DNA from: an uncultured Gammaproteobacteria bacterium
GTDB taxonomy: Bacteria > Patescibacteriota > Microgenomatia > UBA8517
Reading direction: 5' to 3'
NCBI GenBank assembly: GCA_964617045.1
Contig: CAZTVZ010000002.1
Location: forward strand, 12,095-76,094
DNA length: 64,000 bases
Shown here: one piece after another, positions 9,201 through 19,405 of the stretch
Layout: every line of letters begins with the position of its first letter
Position numbering within the stretch: position 1 is the stretch's first letter
Notes under the pieces: model-generated
Seen by the model: only the letters and a program-made list of their open reading frames with translations
Database searches by the model: none
What the model was told of the DNA's origin: nothing
Program-made: the position numbers and the translations under genes

Positions 9201-9669
9201 TTTGATTTTCTCTTCGGAGAACCTGTTTATCACATTTCTGGCAAGTATTCTTATCTGGCTGATGTTTGCAGCCCTTCTTTTCGTGTGGGTTAAAAATAAA
9301 AGGGTAAGAAAAGATACCGCGATTAGGGCATTTTTGTCAGCACTGATAGCGTGGAGTGTTGCCGAAATAATAAAAATGATTATCAGTGTTCCGAGGCCGT
9401 ACGAAATAACCGGATACAGTCCTCTTACCGCGACAGTTCCGGGAACTAATTCATTTCCTTCAACACATTCGGCAGTTGCTGCCGCACTTGCAACAAGTTT
9501 GTTTCTGAGGGAGAAGTCGATAGGGATATATTTTGTAATGGGTGCGGTGGGGGTTGCTGTAGGGAGAATCCTTTCCAACGTTCATTATATTTTTGATGTT
9601 ATTGTCGGAATATGGATTGGAATTGTGGTTGGATTTGTGTCTTCAAAGGTAGGGATAAAAAGAAAATGA
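9193..9669 (+). CDS. PAP2-family membrane phosphatase (possible undecaprenyl-PP / lipid phosphatase)
   Basis: PAP2 motifs SFPSTHS and SNVHYIFDVIVG. 4-5 TM helices. Confidence 0.7.
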   Translation: MNNLIFSSENLFITFLASILIWLMFAALLFVWVKNKRVRKDTAIRAFLSALIAWSVAEIIKMIISVPRPYEITGYSPLTATVPGTNSFPSTHSAVAAALATSLFLREKSIGIYFVMGAVGVAVGRILSNVHYIFDVIVGIWIGIVVGFVSSKVGIKRK

Positions 9670-9672
9670 CAC

Positions 9673-9706
9673 TTGACTATTAGCAGTTAAAATAATAGAC
9701 TGCTAA
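9673..9706 (+). promoter_or_regulatory. lon promoter with embedded CIRCE-like inverted repeat
   Basis: -35 TTGACT, 17-nt spacer, -10-like TAGACT. IR TTAGCAGTT-N9-GACTGCTAA (9680-9706) ends 7 nt before the lon ATG. Same architecture as upstream of hsp20. Confidence 0.6.
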
Positions 9707-9713
9707 GATACAA

Positions 9714-12071
9714 ATGGAGAAATCAATATTAGCATTCCGACGTGTTCCGATTGTTGCAGTCAGAGGATCTGTTATCTTTCCACATACCGATACTCTTCTT
9801 TCTTTCGGGCGACCGAAATCCATAACAGCAGTAAATACTGCTTTTCAGGAAGATAGAGTTGTTGCGATATTTTCGCAAAAAGATCCCAGAACTTCCGATC
9901 CATCCGAAGACGATCTGTACCCGATAGGAACAATAGCAACAATAACCCAAATGATGTCCACGGACGGAGAGATCCATGCTCTTGTGAGAGGTCAGGCCAG
10001 GATAAAACTGGTTGAGGTTTTGGCCAAAGAACCGTATTTAATCGGAAAAGTATCTGAAATAAAAGAACAAGGATTAAATACCATTGAAGTCAAAGCGCTT
10101 TCTTCACAACTTCAAGAAATGTTCAAAAAAGCTGTTAATTTGGGAAAACAAGCCGAGATAATGACCGTAATGAAATTGATATCCGGACAAGTCGAACCCA
10201 TTGAACTTGTGGATCAGGTAGCTTCTTTATTGGATATTAAAACAACCGATAAACAAAAACTTTTGGAGATGCTCTCAGTTAAAGAAAGAATGGAAAAGGT
10301 GCTTAGTTATTTGGCAAAAGAAGTAAATGTATTGGATTTGGAAAAAACAATATCTTCCAAGACCCAAAAGAGATTTGAAGATCAAATGAGAAAAGCGATG
10401 CTTAGGGAAAAGAAAAGAACCATTGAGGCGGAATTGGGAGAAGAAGAAAGCGAACTTCCCGAAGAAGAAAGTAACGAATACAAAACAAAGATCAGAAATG
10501 CCAAGATGCCCAAAGCGGTAAGAGAAAAAGCAGAAAAAGAATTAAAGAGATTGTCTCAGATGTCTCCCCACAATCCCGAGACCGCATATATAAGAAATTA
10601 TTTGGACTGGCTTTGTGATGTTCCCTGGTCGGAAGTAACTCCCAATAATGTGTCGATTAAAAAAGCAGCCAAGGTTTTGGAAGATCGACATTACGGAATG
10701 AAAAAAGCAAAAGAAAGAATATTGGAATTTTTGGCGGTTATGAAACTCAAAAAAGAATCGAAAGAAGCACAACCCACGATACTTTGTTTCATGGGTCCAC
10801 CCGGGGTAGGAAAAACATCAATCGGAAAATCTATTGCGGAGTCCCTAAACAGAAAATTCGTTAGAATATCTTTAGGAGGCATCAGGGACGAAGCGGAGAT
10901 AAGGGGACACCGAAGAACTTACGTCGGTGCTCTTCCCGGAAGAATCATTCAGGGAATGAAAACTGCGGGTGTAGTAAATCCTGTTTTTATGCTCGACGAA
11001 ATAGACAAAATCGGAGTAGATTTCAGAGGTGATCCAAGTTCTGCACTGTTGGAAGCATTGGATCCGGAACAAAACAAAGAATTCTCCGATCACTATTTGG
11101 AAGTTCCTTACGACCTATCTCAAGCTATGTTTATCGCAACGGGAAACATGATGGATGGAATTCCCCATGCATTAAGAGACAGAATGGAAGTAATTACTTT
11201 TCCGGGATATACAGAGGACGAGAAATTACATATTGCGAAAGATTTCCTTTGGCCGAAACAATTAAGACTTCATGGACTTGAAAAAGAAAAATTAAATCTT
11301 ACCGACAAAGCAATGAGAGAGATAATTTCCAGATACACCAGGGAGTCGGGTGTCAGAGAATTGGAAAGAAACCTTGCGTCGATCTGTCGAAAAGTTGCCA
11401 AATTTATTGCTGAAGGAAAAAGATTCGAGAAGAAAATTGATTTGAAAGACGTACCAAAATTATTGGGACCACAAAAATTTACTTCGCAAATTGCCGAGAA
11501 GAAAGATGAAGTAGGAATGTCTACCGGTCTTGCGGTAACCCAGGTCGGAGGGGAAATATTGTTTATTGAAGTTGCCTTAATGCCCGGAAAAGGAAAATTA
11601 ACCCTTACAGGAAAACTTGGAGATGTTATGAAAGAGTCGGCAATGGCCGCATATACATGGGTTAAGGCACATTACAAAGAGTTGGGATTAAAACCGGATT
11701 TTGCCCAGACAATGGATGTCCATTTACACGTTCCGGAAGGTGCGGTGCCTAAAGACGGTCCATCGGCAGGGGTAACGCTCGCCACGGCACTTGTATCCGC
11801 ATTAACGGGTATACCCGTAAAGAGAAACGTCGGAATGACCGGAGAAATTACTCTTAGAGGAAGAGTTCTTGAGATAGGAGGGGTAAAAGAAAAGGTTATA
11901 GCAGGCCACAGGGCAGGACTTAAGACAATCGTGCTTCCCAAAGACAATCAAAAAGATATGGAAGATGTTCCGGAAGCCGTCAAAAAAGATATTAAATTCG
12001 TGTTTGCCTCCAGACTAAACGAAGTATTGGAAGTAGCACTAAAAAAATGGCCCGTTAAAACCTCGAATTAA
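9714..12071 (+). CDS. lon: ATP-dependent Lon protease
   Basis: Lon N domain, AAA+ Walker A GPPGVGKTS, C-terminal Ser-Lys protease domain (PKDGPSAGVT). 785 aa. Confidence 0.95.
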   Translation: MEKSILAFRRVPIVAVRGSVIFPHTDTLLSFGRPKSITAVNTAFQEDRVVAIFSQKDPRTSDPSEDDLYPIGTIATITQMMSTDGEIHALVRGQARIKLVEVLAKEPYLIGKVSEIKEQGLNTIEVKALSSQLQEMFKKAVNLGKQAEIMTVMKLISGQVEPIELVDQVASLLDIKTTDKQKLLEMLSVKERMEKVLSYLAKEVNVLDLEKTISSKTQKRFEDQMRKAMLREKKRTIEAELGEEESELPEEESNEYKTKIRNAKMPKAVREKAEKELKRLSQMSPHNPETAYIRNYLDWLCDVPWSEVTPNNVSIKKAAKVLEDRHYGMKKAKERILEFLAVMKLKKESKEAQPTILCFMGPPGVGKTSIGKSIAESLNRKFVRISLGGIRDEAEIRGHRRTYVGALPGRIIQGMKTAGVVNPVFMLDEIDKIGVDFRGDPSSALLEALDPEQNKEFSDHYLEVPYDLSQAMFIATGNMMDGIPHALRDRMEVITFPGYTEDEKLHIAKDFLWPKQLRLHGLEKEKLNLTDKAMREIISRYTRESGVRELERNLASICRKVAKFIAEGKRFEKKIDLKDVPKLLGPQKFTSQIAEKKDEVGMSTGLAVTQVGGEILFIEVALMPGKGKLTLTGKLGDVMKESAMAAYTWVKAHYKELGLKPDFAQTMDVHLHVPEGAVPKDGPSAGVTLATALVSALTGIPVKRNVGMTGEITLRGRVLEIGGVKEKVIAGHRAGLKTIVLPKDNQKDMEDVPEAVKKDIKFVFASRLNEVLEVALKKWPVKTSN

Positions 12072-12109
12072 CACACCCCAATCTGCTACCATATATTAAA
12101 TGACGGGAG

Positions 12110-12862
12110 GTGATTACTATGGAAAATAAATCAAGTATTCTTAATCCGGTTGTCTTTATCATATTCATTTTGGTTGCGATTTTCTTTTCTCCTTTGAAAA
12201 ATATCGACTGGGGAAATCTGAAAGTGGGAGATAGGGAAACAATAACCGTTACCGGTTCTGCGAAGACTCAGCAGAAATCTCAAATTGCTACTTTTACCGC
12301 CGGAGTTAATGTATATAGCGACAATAAAGAAGCCGCAATAAACGAGGCTAATGGAAAAATAAACGACATTACATCTAAGGCAAAAGAATTCGGAATAGAC
12401 GATAAAGATATTCAAACCCAAAACATGAGTGTTTACCAAACACAAGACTCTTATTGGGAAGACGGAAGACAAAAATATAGACCCGGACAATGGAGTGTTA
12501 ATAACGACGTTACAATTACTCTAAGAAGCGTTGAGAGAGCGGGGGAACTATACAATGTTCTTTCCTCGACCGGAGCGACAAATATTTACGGACCGAACTA
12601 TCAATCCGATGATCAAAAAGAATTGGAAGCAGGTCTTATAGAACAAGCAATTAAAGATGCAACGGAAAAAGCCAATGCTATGGCCAATGTCGGAGGAAGA
12701 AAATTGGGTAAGATTATTACTATTCAAGAAGGTGACACAACAGGTGGAATTGAAAATCCGGTTTTCTTTGCCAGAATGGATGCGGGCGGAGGAGGAGCAG
12801 CTCCCGAACCGGGATCCCAAACAATTAGTAAGCAGGTTACCGTTACATTTGAGCTTAAATAA
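12110..12862 (+). CDS. SIMPL/DUF541 family periplasmic protein
   Basis: N-terminal TM, then SIMPL-like pattern (ITVTGSAKTQQ...VNVYSDNKEAA...QTQNMSVYQTQ). Confidence 0.65.
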   Translation: MITMENKSSILNPVVFIIFILVAIFFSPLKNIDWGNLKVGDRETITVTGSAKTQQKSQIATFTAGVNVYSDNKEAAINEANGKINDITSKAKEFGIDDKDIQTQNMSVYQTQDSYWEDGRQKYRPGQWSVNNDVTITLRSVERAGELYNVLSSTGATNIYGPNYQSDDQKELEAGLIEQAIKDATEKANAMANVGGRKLGKIITIQEGDTTGGIENPVFFARMDAGGGGAAPEPGSQTISKQVTVTFELK

Positions 12863-12880
12863 GCCCAAATAGCCTTAATT

Positions 12881-12889
12881 TGATATAAT
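12881..12889 (+). promoter_or_regulatory. extended -10 promoter element (TGaTATAAT) upstream of tRNA-Glu
   Basis: TGATATAAT lies 17 nt upstream of the tRNA 5' end. Confidence 0.3.
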
Positions 12890-12906
12890 ATGGGGCAAGT
12901 AATAAT

Positions 12907-12979
12907 TGGCCCCATCGTCTAGTGGACTAGGACGGCAGGTTCTCATCCTGCAAACCTGGATTCGAATTCCAGTGGGGTC
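12907..12979 (+). tRNA. tRNA-Glu (anticodon CUC)
   Basis: Acceptor GGCCCCA/TGGGGTC. D-arm TCGTCTAGTGGACTAGGAC closely resembles bacterial tRNA-Glu. Anticodon stem GCAGG/CCTGC with loop TTCTCAT. T-arm CTGGA-TTCGAAT-TCCAG. 73 nt, no encoded CCA. Confidence 0.8.
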
Positions 12980-13871
12980 ACTTGATCTTCGTTCGAGTGT
13001 AACTGTCCAAATATTCACCTTTATTAACGGAAGCTGTCCCAATTTTGTTGAAGTAGCTTTCAATAATTGGTCTGAATTTTTCCTGTATATATCCTTCAGA
13101 ATAGGAACAGCCAATTACGAATGGTTTTATTCCAAGATCGTTCACTCGTTGTGTAAACTTAATCAGCTCCTTTTCGAGCTCTTGTTCATTTCCTTTGTAA
13201 AGGTAGCTTCCGTCCACTTCATAACCATTTGATATAAAATAATCTGCATCGATTGTGAGGATGATCTCTTTACTGGTGTTTTGAAATGATTCTATTTGCG
13301 AGAGAACTCTTCTGTGGAAGGCAATCTCCCTGATGTCTTTTCCTGCGGGTTTTTCAAGATACCATTCACCGGTTTTTTTATCGATATAAAACGTTTGGTC
13401 TGGTTGTCCGAAACCGAAATATTTTTTGTCGGGAGGGGTATTCCAAAATTTATATATTCTTACATTGTCTATTGAGGCTTCGGGTAGTACCCAGTAATAT
13501 TCGTCAATTACTCCTTCCATATCGTTTTCGGATATCATTGAGTTTACCCAGTTATAAATGTCCTCTGTTCCTTGAGTAATGTGTTCGTTTGTATTAATTG
13601 CATCCGAATGCCAATCAATGTTTATTAATATTTTATTGGTCTTACCTATCTTTCCGTCCTCGTGCAATTTTTCGTAAAAATCCAGTATTTGATTATGGTG
13701 TTCAAAACTATCATAAAAGCTACCGGAGAATATTTGAGTAATATTGTTGTCAAATGTTGTTTTCTCTTTTACGCTTTCAAAATATCCGTTAATCTCCGGA
13801 TAAAAAAACAGAAAGAACATTCCAATTATTGTTGCGAAGGAAAGAAGAATCAATTTTCCGAATCTATTCAC
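12978..13871 (-). CDS. hypothetical membrane-anchored protein (possible UPF0489-like DWHSD motif)
   Basis: N-terminal TM. ILINIDWHSDA motif. No confident family assignment. Confidence 0.45.
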   Translation of the reverse strand: MNRFGKLILLSFATIIGMFFLFFYPEINGYFESVKEKTTFDNNITQIFSGSFYDSFEHHNQILDFYEKLHEDGKIGKTNKILINIDWHSDAINTNEHITQGTEDIYNWVNSMISENDMEGVIDEYYWVLPEASIDNVRIYKFWNTPPDKKYFGFGQPDQTFYIDKKTGEWYLEKPAGKDIREIAFHRRVLSQIESFQNTSKEIILTIDADYFISNGYEVDGSYLYKGNEQELEKELIKFTQRVNDLGIKPFVIGCSYSEGYIQEKFRPIIESYFNKIGTASVNKGEYLDSYTRTKIK

Positions 13872-13892
13872 GACAACATTATACTAGAAGCA

Positions 13893-16800
13893 TTATCTTA
13901 ATCCGAAAAACTTTAGAATTTTTTCAAATATAGTTTCTTTTTTGGGAGGCTCCTGAATAGCGGGCATCTTATATTCAGGGGTTACGGAAGGAGTGATTAA
14001 AGGAGACTGTTCCGTATCAGGTTTGTTTGTGGTTATTTTCTGAGCAACTTGATTAACGGTATTTCTGATATTGTTGGTGAGAATTGAATACCTGCTTCCG
14101 GATTTGATGGATACTTCATTGGACCACGCACCGCTTGCACATCTATTGTAAGGAATTAACTTAAAGAAATATTTTATGTTGGGATTAAGTTTAGACACAA
14201 TAACGGATTTATCTCCGTATCTTGCAACGGATATTCCTCCGTGGATATATTTGCCCGATTGAACACCATAGACCAAATGGTAATCGGTTACCGGTTGCCA
14301 TGAATCGTTGAAATATATTTTAATTTTGTCTCCACCCAAAGATTCGACTTTCCAGATATACGGTGCACTTCCCGGTGCCGATTCACCGCAACTTCCTCCA
14401 CTTGAAGATGAACCTCCACTACTGCTGCCACCGGAATTGTTATTGTTGTCTCCCGAATCGGTGTTAAGAGAGATCATCATGTCCGGGTCATACACTTCGG
14501 CTTCTTCGGTTGTTGCATATGAATGAAATACAAGTTTAATGTATTCCAAGATTGGTGTTGAACCTTTGGTCATGGTAATCCTGAACCTTAATTGATCGCC
14601 GGCGGTCGGAAAGAATACCGTTTCACCGTACACAATCTCTTCCCAAGTTGTTCCTCCATCGTTAGAGATGGCATAGCTGGTCAAATCGTCCAAGGAATAT
14701 GCGCTTCCCGTACTTACGGATCCGATAATGCTTTCAAGTCTGAAGTAGTTGGCTGCCGCCATTCCGTAGGGAAGAGGTGGGATAATGATTACAGTGTTTT
14801 CTTCTTCGTACGATCTTGTTATTTCGACTTTGGATACACCAACTGCCTGAGAACCTATCCATATGGTGTCGTCGCTTTCTATATAGTATCCGAATCCGTT
14901 ACCTGTTCTGTATAGTGCGTCCGGAAGAGAGAAGTCATACGATACATCGTCAATGGTATCGGTATAAGTGCTGTTGTAATTAAACACTCTTATATGGCCT
15001 TCTCTGGTTGCAAAGATTATTTCGCTTCCGATTGGATCGTCACCTTCATGCCAATACATCTTTTGGATATGTTCATTACCGATATTGGCAATGGAGACCA
15101 TTAGGGCAAAAACATCATCATCCGTTGCTACCGTATCTTTAGTATCAAGTGTCCAGATACCAGCATCTCCACCGAACCAATAAATATTATTTTCGTCTTC
15201 GACTATGGAAAATGCTGCAGCTGTGTCGATAGAACCGGAAGTTGTTTTGTAACAAGTATCGTCCGATTTGTCGCCTGATGTTACACCCAAATCACAGATA
15301 TATGTTCCGTTAACATAACTATTTAATACAAGCGTGTTCCTGTCCGCATCGAAATATGTTCCAACGATATCGTTGTATCCGTCTTCCGCAACATCACCTC
15401 TGATGCCATCGCTTTGCCCCCAATAAGTAATGGTGTCGTCCTCAATGTCGAAGGTGTTTTTGGTGTCGATTCTTGCAATATAGTAACTACCCAAATCTTC
15501 GGCCTGCTCACCGTTGTTCAAGTTAACAAACAAGGCGGTTGTTGCCTGGGTGTTGTCGACGGCGAATACGGAAAAACCTCGATTGTATAGTTCAGCCGTT
15601 TCACTTGGGTAAGTTGTCCCGTCGATTACATTGAAATTGGTTTTACTGTTGTATGCAATATATGTATCGTCTCCAATATCGGACATTGTTCCCTTGGTGT
15701 CATATAAAATTGTTGTTCCGGATTGATAGTAGGAGATAAACAACATTCTGTTTGATCCCGCCATAAACTCCGTTACTTGGGTTACTCTTGAGTCGTGAAT
15801 CGAAGGATATAAAGTGTATGCATTGGTGTTTTTGTCCAAATACATTATGTCTCCTCTGTCCGTACCGATCCAGAGAAATCCAGAATCTATTGCGGGAGAA
15901 ACCGACACTTCTGCCTTACCAAAATCGTATCCGAAGAGGAAGTAATCCTTTTCGAATAGTGCTTGATAGTCAAAATCCAAAGTTGGTTTCAAATGCAGTT
16001 TTCCGTTTCCCCATACTCCGCTTGAAGCAAGTTGGTCTTGAAGAACGTGAGATCTGAAATCAATTTCTGCGGACACGGCAGTGACCGAAAGTCCGTCCGG
16101 TTGGTCAATTACTTCGAATGATTCTTCCACATTGGAGTGGGGGTTTCCTATAATCGGATCTGTCGTTAATCCGGCAGCATCGGTTGCCTGTAGTTCAATC
16201 GTGTGTGTTCCCGTATTTAAACCCGACAGACTGATTTCAAATTCTTCCATTGGAGAATCGAATGTTGAATTGTCTACAGTAACCCACTCCCCACCATCTA
16301 TACGATATTTCAAATTGGCGATGTTTGATGCCGTATCTCCCTCGTTTAATAATGTGTAATCTCTGACAAATCCTTTAATTGATACGTCTCTGTAAATTGT
16401 CGGATTGGGTGCAATTGTGTAAACAAAGATGTCCGGTGCCGTTTGGTCTGTTGCTTCAACAACGAACCTGTAGCTTGGGACTATGTCGGGCCTACTGTAG
16501 CCATATTCACCAAAATCAAGATTGTAGACATGGGTGTTTCCTCTGTCGTCCGTTGCTTTTACAAACATTACGTAAGTTCCGTCCGAAAGTTCGGGAAGAG
16601 TAACGGTTGCGGTTTCGCTGGTTTCATCCCAGGCAAGATCGTCAGGTGTAATAGATATCCATTCATTTACATATGCGGGAACGTTATATTCCGCAGATAC
16701 GATTGTTGATGCGTCCTGAAATCCCAATACTATGGAAGGAGTATTGTCTGTAACTCTGGATGCATTTGCGGGACCGGTAATTGTAATTGCGGGAGGAGCA

Positions 16801-19187
16801 TAGTCTCCGGGGGTGGAGTAAAACCTTATATCGTCAATTATTCCTTCCATTCCCTCTCCAATTATCAAGTCTCCTGAAGAAGAGGGGAGAGTATAGAAAG
16901 AACTAAACACTTCATTTACCGCCGGGTTGTCGTTTATCTTTGTCGAAACCATTTTGTTAACAGCGTCGTAAGATATTTCGACGTAATTCCAATCGTTATA
17001 AGTCAGATCGGCATTACCCGAATCATACTGAGTGTCCACCGAATAACCCATGCTGTTTTGGGCGGTAAAAGTGGAATAAATATGTCCCGTCTCCCTCATT
17101 GTTACCTGCCAAGAATTGAGACCGGTTTCGTTATATCTTTTACTGATTATTGTTCTTGACGTGTCGTTGTTGGCTGAAGATGGTCTGATCCAAAAAGAAA
17201 GTCTAAAACTTTCGTCCGCACCGGAAAAATCAAGAAGAGAACTTGCGTCGGTCAAAGTGAAAGAAGAAGAGTATTGATTAAAGATCAGAGATCTTCCCGA
17301 TACCCCGACCTCGTACGAAATTAATCCGTTGGAAATATATTCGTCTCCGTTCGGCCAAGTTTTTACCGGTAAACTTCCGGATGTATCTCCGGGGCTGTTT
17401 GGTTGATCCATAGGAAGCCATGCAACTATGTCTCCATCGGCATTTCTTAATATACTGAACCTTCCGTATCTATCGCTTCTTGTGGAAATTGGAGTACCGG
17501 AATTGTCCGTGGCACGAAACTCATACATGTAGGCTGTTTCGTCTGACAAGCCGGTTGCGGTACAAATAAAATCTTCACTTGTCGAGTTAAAACTCCCGTC
17601 GGAAGCGGTACAGGAAGACCATTCGTTGGGAGATGAAGCATTAAACAAACGAAAATCAACGGAGGCAATATCGCTGGTAAAAGATGCATTTCCGGTTATT
17701 TGATATGAATCTGCTTGGGTAACGGCACCTTTGGTTGCAAATGTGATAACAGGACCGGCGCTTATTGTATCCGGAAGCGTGTAGTTGCTGTATATTTTTA
17801 CCTCGTCCAGGTATCCGGTGTATCTATCGTTCCAGTCGTTAATCTGAAATGCTCCGGTCGATGCAGGTAAGGATTCTCCGTAAAGGGTAGACTCAACTGT
17901 TGGATTATTGTTTACCTTAATTGCGATTGTGCTTTCGGCTGCTTGTTTGTATGCAAATTGAACATGGTTCCATTCCCCAAAAGTGAGAACGGAATTGGTA
18001 TTATCTAGTCCCACAAATCTTTCGTTTATTTCGAGTGCCTCGTTAACTACATTAACAATTGCGTATGCATGGCGGCTTCCGTCCATTGCAATTTGCCAAG
18101 TAAATCCGTCTCCTGCGGTGTTTTGCTTTCCCATGATAAAGTACTTACCAAGCGAACCTCCGATTATTGGTTTTATCCAAAAATCTACAGTGAATTCTTT
18201 TGAGGCACCGTTATACGACAGGTTTCCGTCACCATCCGTATAAATTATTTTTGATGCTCCCTCACGAACGAAGTTGATTGCATTTCCGCTATATCCCCAA
18301 GATACTTGTCTGGGTGGATAATTTGCTTCCGCGTTTGTAGAAATTGTCGAGTAAGTGACTGCACCCTCGGTATCTATGGGTGAAGATATGTCTTCAAACT
18401 TGAACCAGCTTTGAAGAGTCGGCCCGACAACGGGAGTATTTGTTACTTCGTAAATAATGTAACTGCTGGGGATGGTTACATTGCTGTCTCCATCCGTGCC
18501 TCTGATTTCGAAAGAATATGCGGTTTCGTCATCAAGTCCGGTAATTGTACAAGTAAAGGGTTCGTCTTCCCCTTCCATGTCGTCAACGATTTGATCAAAA
18601 ACTCCGTCGTCGGCAGTACAATTGTGCCATCCTCCTTCGGTTTCGTCGTTGGTATCTCTGTATTGGATACTGTTTGTAATTTGATTATCGTAAGCGACTC
18701 CGGTTATTAATACTTGTCCCCCCGAAGAAGTTCCAGAATAAGAGTTCAGCGTAATTGTCGGTCCGAAATTAACATCTATTTCGTATGTTGTATAAAAACC
18801 CGGTTGAGTAGTATTTCCATTGTCATCCCATGCCATAAATTCATAAGTAACTTGTGGCAAATCAGTGGAGGTAAATAATTCAAATACTTCTTCGGTTTCG
18901 TCGTAATCGCCGTCATAAGCCGAAAGACCTGTTGGTGGAAGAAATTCTATATCCCCTTGATTGCGAAATTTAACGCCGGACACAATATCTTCAATGTCTG
19001 TTGCCGTACCGTAAAGAGAAATCATTCCGTCCGAAGTTTCATGAGAATTTATCACTATTGTAGGAGCTGCTTCATCGGCAATAATTGATTTAACAAAATT
19101 GAAGTTTTTTATTAGGTAGAGGGAGATAACAAGAAGGACTAAAATCCCGAGCTTATAGAGCAGTTTTAAATTTTTCAGCAAATTCAT
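13893..19187 (-). CDS. giant secreted/surface protein (1764 aa) with LamG/concanavalin-like and FN3-like domains
   Basis: N-terminal signal anchor. Two LamG-like modules (e.g. FTVDFWIKP...WNHVQFAY...LDEVKIYS). Gly/Ser linker GGSSSGGSSSSGG. C-terminal FN3-like module (YFFKLIPYNRCASGAWS). Confidence 0.85.
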   Translation of the reverse strand: MNLLKNLKLLYKLGILVLLVISLYLIKNFNFVKSIIADEAAPTIVINSHETSDGMISLYGTATDIEDIVSGVKFRNQGDIEFLPPTGLSAYDGDYDETEEVFELFTSTDLPQVTYEFMAWDDNGNTTQPGFYTTYEIDVNFGPTITLNSYSGTSSGGQVLITGVAYDNQITNSIQYRDTNDETEGGWHNCTADDGVFDQIVDDMEGEDEPFTCTITGLDDETAYSFEIRGTDGDSNVTIPSSYIIYEVTNTPVVGPTLQSWFKFEDISSPIDTEGAVTYSTISTNAEANYPPRQVSWGYSGNAINFVREGASKIIYTDGDGNLSYNGASKEFTVDFWIKPIIGGSLGKYFIMGKQNTAGDGFTWQIAMDGSRHAYAIVNVVNEALEINERFVGLDNTNSVLTFGEWNHVQFAYKQAAESTIAIKVNNNPTVESTLYGESLPASTGAFQINDWNDRYTGYLDEVKIYSNYTLPDTISAGPVITFATKGAVTQADSYQITGNASFTSDIASVDFRLFNASSPNEWSSCTASDGSFNSTSEDFICTATGLSDETAYMYEFRATDNSGTPISTRSDRYGRFSILRNADGDIVAWLPMDQPNSPGDTSGSLPVKTWPNGDEYISNGLISYEVGVSGRSLIFNQYSSSFTLTDASSLLDFSGADESFRLSFWIRPSSANNDTSRTIISKRYNETGLNSWQVTMRETGHIYSTFTAQNSMGYSVDTQYDSGNADLTYNDWNYVEISYDAVNKMVSTKINDNPAVNEVFSSFYTLPSSSGDLIIGEGMEGIIDDIRFYSTPGDYAPPAITITGPANASRVTDNTPSIVLGFQDASTIVSAEYNVPAYVNEWISITPDDLAWDETSETATVTLPELSDGTYVMFVKATDDRGNTHVYNLDFGEYGYSRPDIVPSYRFVVEATDQTAPDIFVYTIAPNPTIYRDVSIKGFVRDYTLLNEGDTASNIANLKYRIDGGEWVTVDNSTFDSPMEEFEISLSGLNTGTHTIELQATDAAGLTTDPIIGNPHSNVEESFEVIDQPDGLSVTAVSAEIDFRSHVLQDQLASSGVWGNGKLHLKPTLDFDYQALFEKDYFLFGYDFGKAEVSVSPAIDSGFLWIGTDRGDIMYLDKNTNAYTLYPSIHDSRVTQVTEFMAGSNRMLFISYYQSGTTILYDTKGTMSDIGDDTYIAYNSKTNFNVIDGTTYPSETAELYNRGFSVFAVDNTQATTALFVNLNNGEQAEDLGSYYIARIDTKNTFDIEDDTITYWGQSDGIRGDVAEDGYNDIVGTYFDADRNTLVLNSYVNGTYICDLGVTSGDKSDDTCYKTTSGSIDTAAAFSIVEDENNIYWFGGDAGIWTLDTKDTVATDDDVFALMVSIANIGNEHIQKMYWHEGDDPIGSEIIFATREGHIRVFNYNSTYTDTIDDVSYDFSLPDALYRTGNGFGYYIESDDTIWIGSQAVGVSKVEITRSYEEENTVIIIPPLPYGMAAANYFRLESIIGSVSTGSAYSLDDLTSYAISNDGGTTWEEIVYGETVFFPTAGDQLRFRITMTKGSTPILEYIKLVFHSYATTEEAEVYDPDMMISLNTDSGDNNNNSGGSSSGGSSSSGGSCGESAPGSAPYIWKVESLGGDKIKIYFNDSWQPVTDYHLVYGVQSGKYIHGGISVARYGDKSVIVSKLNPNIKYFFKLIPYNRCASGAWSNEVSIKSGSRYSILTNNIRNTVNQVAQKITTNKPDTEQSPLITPSVTPEYKMPAIQEPPKKETIFEKILKFFGLR

Positions 19188-19379
19188 CGCAAATTATTTT
19201 TTTGGACACATATTCATAATGTATCATTTAGCTTCGAAAGGCAACCCCCGTTTTTTTTGTTATCGGAGAAGTGCCAAAATGACTTAGAAATCTCTGCCTG
19301 ATGATGCATTCTGAGTTACTTGACAGGGGTGAAAATGGAGACTAAAATCTCTCTCTGTAAGGTTAAATTTAGGTTATTT

Positions 19380-19405
19380 CCCTCGTTACGGGGGGATTTT
19401 TTTTG
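19380..19405 (+). terminator. intrinsic-terminator-like hairpin + U-run in greA leader (possible attenuator)
   Basis: CCCTCG-TTAC-GGGGGG followed by T8, ending about 7 nt before the greA ATG. Confidence 0.4.

Noticed and set aside
12906-13232. 108-aa ORF on + strand
   Set aside because: Starts within tRNA-Glu and is antisense to the 3' end of the 12978-13871 gene; no motif. Treated as spurious.
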